A stretch of 64,000 nt of DNA, taken from contig CP128817.1 of the NCBI GenBank assembly GCA_051546255.1, positions 806,001-870,000 of the forward strand, written 5' to 3'. The notes under the pieces were generated by a model that worked only from the letters and a program-made list of their open reading frames with translations, was not told the DNA's origin and made no database searches. Position numbers and translations under genes: made by a program. Source of the DNA: Meyerozyma guilliermondii. Its lineage: Eukaryota. Shown piece after piece: positions 60,385-64,000 of the stretch (position 1 is the first letter of the stretch; each line of letters begins with the position of its first letter).

Positions 60385-63000
60385 CTAGTAGTTGAACAAA
60401 CTCTTGTAGTACAAGCACCGACTCTCAAGCAAGTCCCAATCCTCCTGAGATACCCACATCTCGTTCACAACCTTGAGCCGAGCATACACACTGCTTCCCT
60501 TCCATGTGAGCACCTGAGGATCGATCTCTCGCGGCGGTGGAAGAACATTCACTTGATTCACTGATCCTCGATCACACATGGCATCCACAGTATCAAGATC
60601 GATTTCAATTTGAGTGGCTGCGTCTATTTCATCCAATTCTGCGTCGTCAAGCTCGATATCCTCGAGCGCCTGCTCGGCATTGGTTCGTTTCTTCTCCTTA
60701 TATTCGTCGATGAGTTGTTTGCGATGTCCCTCGATTTTTTTCCGTTCACCGGCAACATAATCCATGATTTCATCCATGCTGCTTGACGACAAAAACTTGG
60801 GCCTCCATATATTGATTCGGTCCGATAATACGAGGTCATAGCCCGATATTGTGGCCAATCCTCCTCCTACAATCAAAAGATTGTCGTAAAATTTTTTGGT
60901 TTTGGCAAAATCGGTAGCGATACCAGCATTGGTGATTGACTCGATGATGGCTTTTTCGAGTGGTTGCTCCACCAAATACGACAGGTTTTCGATTGTGGAT
61001 GTCTTGGTGGGTTTCGGCTTTGAGTATGGATTGCCCTGCTTGATTCTCAGCCGCTCGTCGCCAAGCTGGACCAACAATTGGTCGTCGGCCAAATCGGCAT
61101 AGGCAATGTTATTTATCATGTTTTCTTGTGCCTTGGAATAAGGGTTGTTCGTCTTGCCAGAATACTGGTCCACTGAAGGAGCAAAGAGCCGCTTTCTGTC
61201 TTTCGATAATGGATCCAACTGAAATGCTTTGGGGTAGAAAAGCGCCAATGGGGCGAGCATCACCTCATCAAACACCTTGAATTGATACTTTTGTGTGGAC
61301 TCAAAGGGCTTCCGCTTATAGAAATGGTAGAGCTGCACGGCTATATCGGCGTCTTGGAAGGTGGCATAATCGTTTTTCAATTGCTGGGCCAATTCATAGT
61401 CGTCGTTGCGACTACTGAGGTCTAGTCCTCGGTAGGGGAAATTGCTTTGAAGAAGCATTTTTGTCAATGCCTGCGTAACGTGATCACCTCCATAATTCAA
61501 AATGATTCGAGAATCGTTGATCACCAATCCTTCATCAACACATGTCACGGTGGTAGTTTGGGCTCCTACGTCCACGACACAGGCAGACGATGCACCGGCT
61601 CCAAACGTAGCCAGAACGGCTTCTTGAAGAATAGCAACTTTTCCAAAACCAACCAATCTCAAAAGAAGCGAGAGCCACGTTTCAACGTACATCTTGTCGT
61701 ACAAATCTGGAATAACAAAAATAGCCTTCAATGACTTGAGTGGCTCCTTCACTTCAAGCTGCTCTAACCCATACATTATAAGCTCATAAAGATCACCCAA
61801 GAGCTGCTGTGGAGATGTATAAGCGGGACTCAGGTCGTTGAACTGGCCGTTGCAGATTGGATAGCGGATGGAGTAGCGAGTGAACTTGGGGCCTATAGGA
61901 AGTTTTAGGGCCTCGTCTCCAACGTATACTTTCTTGAGGGTGTTGGGATTGCTGACATCGATCCACTCTTTCTTATATGGGTCGTTATGGTCAGGGATCT
62001 CCTCGGGTTCTTGGCGACGGTTGAAGTTGGCTGCCAGTTCGCGAGAATTAGGAAGAATCCGGCGCTTATAGTACTTCATTCTAGCCTTGAAGTCCTTGGT
62101 GAGGGTATCCAAAAGCTCGTTGAATTCGTCGCCAAACAGAATGGTGCCATCTTCGGACTCGGTCCGCTTGGGTTGGGGTTCGTGAGTCGCGGGTGGATCT
62201 GAAGGCACCGCTATTACCATCGGCACCGTGATCGGGAACGCATCGGTGGCACGTCCAATACGAAGATTGGCAGACCCAGGTTGTATGACTATGGTGTCGT
62301 AGCCCTGTTTGGCCTTATCTTCGCTGACATCGTTATCGTCATCTTCGTCGTCTTCGTCATCGTCGTCATTCTCCAAAGCCACCGAGGCTGCTGCCGCTGC
62401 CTCAGCTTCCGCCTCAGCCTTGGCCTTGGCCTCTTCCTGGGCTTTCTTCTTCATTTCCGCCTCGATGTCGCCCAAATTGTAGTCGTCGAACGACTGCACC
62501 GCATCGTCTTTTTTGATGGTTTTCTCGATGTTTTTCATCTTTTGCTGGAGCACCTTCTCCATCCGCCAGTTGCGCACAAACAGGATCTGCTCATCTTTCT
62601 TCAAGTAGTCGGTGAAGTAGTTCTTTTGGTTGATCAATGGAATCGATCGGATGGTGGTCAACCTGAACTTGTTCTCCTTTTCAAACCGACCAATGCCAGC
62701 TTTCTTAAGGCTTTGCGCAATCGTGGCTGCAGCCTTCCTTCGGCCTTCCTTCCGTCGCTGGAGCACTTCTGCTGAGGTTTTTTTCGGCACTTTTTTGCGT
62801 TTTTTGTCAGGGCTGTCATCGTTGGCGTCTTGTTCAGGCGGCTCGGACGACCGCGGAAGGTCCAAAACGTCGTTGGGCTCCAGTTTCGGTTCTATGGGTT
62901 CCAGAAACGGTTCCATAGGCTCCAGTCTGGGCTCGGCGGGATTGTCCATATTGGGGTCCATGGGTTCCGTTAACGTGAGAGGTGAGAAATTCGCGAACAT
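60385..63000 (-). CDS. ARP8: INO80 complex actin-related protein 8
   Basis: INQKNYFTDYLKKD, IVIQPGS.NLRIG, ATFGAG, VDVGAQTT and WKGSSV. The start may be at 62961 (MDPNM). Confidence 0.92.
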   Translation of the reverse strand: MFANFSPLTLTEPMDPNMDNPAEPRLEPMEPFLEPIEPKLEPNDVLDLPRSSEPPEQDANDDSPDKKRKKVPKKTSAEVLQRRKEGRRKAAATIAQSLKKAGIGRFEKENKFRLTTIRSIPLINQKNYFTDYLKKDEQILFVRNWRMEKVLQQKMKNIEKTIKKDDAVQSFDDYNLGDIEAEMKKKAQEEAKAKAEAEAEAAAAASVALENDDDDEDDEDDDNDVSEDKAKQGYDTIVIQPGSANLRIGRATDAFPITVPMVIAVPSDPPATHEPQPKRTESEDGTILFGDEFNELLDTLTKDFKARMKYYKRRILPNSRELAANFNRRQEPEEIPDHNDPYKKEWIDVSNPNTLKKVYVGDEALKLPIGPKFTRYSIRYPICNGQFNDLSPAYTSPQQLLGDLYELIMYGLEQLEVKEPLKSLKAIFVIPDLYDKMYVETWLSLLLRLVGFGKVAILQEAVLATFGAGASSACVVDVGAQTTTVTCVDEGLVINDSRIILNYGGDHVTQALTKMLLQSNFPYRGLDLSSRNDDYELAQQLKNDYATFQDADIAVQLYHFYKRKPFESTQKYQFKVFDEVMLAPLALFYPKAFQLDPLSKDRKRLFAPSVDQYSGKTNNPYSKAQENMINNIAYADLADDQLLVQLGDERLRIKQGNPYSKPKPTKTSTIENLSYLVEQPLEKAIIESITNAGIATDFAKTKKFYDNLLIVGGGLATISGYDLVLSDRINIWRPKFLSSSSMDEIMDYVAGERKKIEGHRKQLIDEYKEKKRTNAEQALEDIELDDAELDEIDAATQIEIDLDTVDAMCDRGSVNQVNVLPPPREIDPQVLTWKGSSVYARLKVVNEMWVSQEDWDLLESRCLYYKSLFNY

Positions 63001-63067
63001 TGATACAGGTAGACAGGAAATTTATTGACAGGGTACTTTGGTACTTTATCGATAGGTTTATTATGTA

Positions 63068-64000
63068 TCAGTAGTCCAACGGCTTCTTCGCCGGTTTCTT
63101 CTTCTCCTTCTTATGCTTGGCCATGGCCATGATATCGGACTTTGTCCGCGACTCGTTGTCGAAATCCCACAACTTTTTTTTCCACTCTGCGAGAGTACTG
63201 TGCATTTCAAAGAGTCTCGAAAGGTCCTTTTTGTCGCCATTGTTGCGCTTCGGGTGTGTCTTGAGCGTGCTGTACAACCGCTCGTACTCCTGGTACTTTG
63301 CCCGGAACTTGATAGCGAGATTGGCGTAATACTGGGTTCTTTTCGTTGCTCGGTCGTCGTCGTCTCCGGAATCGTCAATTGACGACGGCGATGTGCATTC
63401 GGTATCGCTTTTTTTGCGTTTTCTGCGCTCGTCGTCGTCCGAAGACGACACATCCGACCTCCGTTTAAGCGGCGAGGCGCTCACGGGTCGATTGGGGCTC
63501 TTGGATGTGAGAAGTCCTCCGCCCAAAGCGAGCTTTTTCGGGACGATTTCTCCCTCTTGCGGCTGGTCGCAAATCTTGCGGCGTAAAGGGTGGGTTTCCA
63601 GAAACCCGAGCCGTGTCAATGCGTTGTGGGTGTTTTTCAACACAAATTGGCGCTCGTCGTCGGAATAATTCCACTGCCACGGCCGTAATTCCTTGTAGGC
63701 TCGATCTTTGAGCACGAAATGATCATGGGCCTTCACCGCATTGTATGCAAACACATCTCCACCGGTAAACACGTCGGCGGGGTTGTATGGCTGGGTATAG
63801 TTGGCGATGAACCCGTCTACCACCTTGGCGGGGGCTCGCAATTGTCGCTCCAATTCGTCTCTGGTGGCCGGTCCGAGCGCCAAAAACGCCATGAGGGTTG
63901 CGATGATGTCGGACGAGCTGTTGGACCCGCTGGCGTCTGCCAGAATCACGTAGGGGGCGTAATTTTTCGGGCGTTGCTGACGGACTGCTGGCAGCGCCGA
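63068..64000 (-). CDS. Probable ELL-family RNA polymerase II elongation factor, 5'-partial
   Basis: Frame is open to the window edge. It has an ELL-like middle segment (FLALGP...EL...LKDRAYKEL.PW.W.YS..ER) and an occludin/ELL-like C-terminal helices (F..KY.EY..LY...MH..L..WKK.L). Confidence 0.6.
   Translation of the reverse strand, partial: SALPAVRQQRPKNYAPYVILADASGSNSSSDIIATLMAFLALGPATRDELERQLRAPAKVVDGFIANYTQPYNPADVFTGGDVFAYNAVKAHDHFVLKDRAYKELRPWQWNYSDDERQFVLKNTHNALTRLGFLETHPLRRKICDQPQEGEIVPKKLALGGGLLTSKSPNRPVSASPLKRRSDVSSSDDDERRKRKKSDTECTSPSSIDDSGDDDDRATKRTQYYANLAIKFRAKYQEYERLYSTLKTHPKRNNGDKKDLSRLFEMHSTLAEWKKKLWDFDNESRTKSDIMAMAKHKKEKKKPAKKPLDY

Overview
Gene-dense window of a budding-yeast chromosome from the CUG-Ser (Serinales) clade. 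CTG codons sit at conserved serine positions. The species is probably Meyerozyma guilliermondii or a close relative (inference only). About 40 protein-coding genes are present, mostly conserved housekeeping genes in blocks syntenic with S. cerevisiae: REX4-IRA2-ATP19-BRX1, MHF1-DUF1, RPB5-RIB7-SPP381, FEN1-RBK1, BCP1-CDC40, HNT2-MED6-CPR5-FYV4 and LSC1-ARP8. One short intron was found (RPB5). No tRNA, rRNA, transposon or CRISPR array was found. Two regions stand out. (1) At 42.8-48.9 kb, a co-oriented trio of Snf1 beta subunit, Std1/Mth1-like protein and secreted invertase, with a dense set of Rgt1-type and Mig1-type sites in the invertase promoter, is a candidate sucrose/glucose-signalling cluster. 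(2) At 51.2-54.4 kb, an island of three orphan repeat-plus-transmembrane genes lies between SEC18 and TSA1. Two of them share a 217-bp, 96%-identical promoter/start duplication but have diverged bodies. Also notable are a CYLD-like deubiquitinase with a CaaX tail, an ELL-like elongation factor and an iRhom-like rhomboid with intact catalytic residues.
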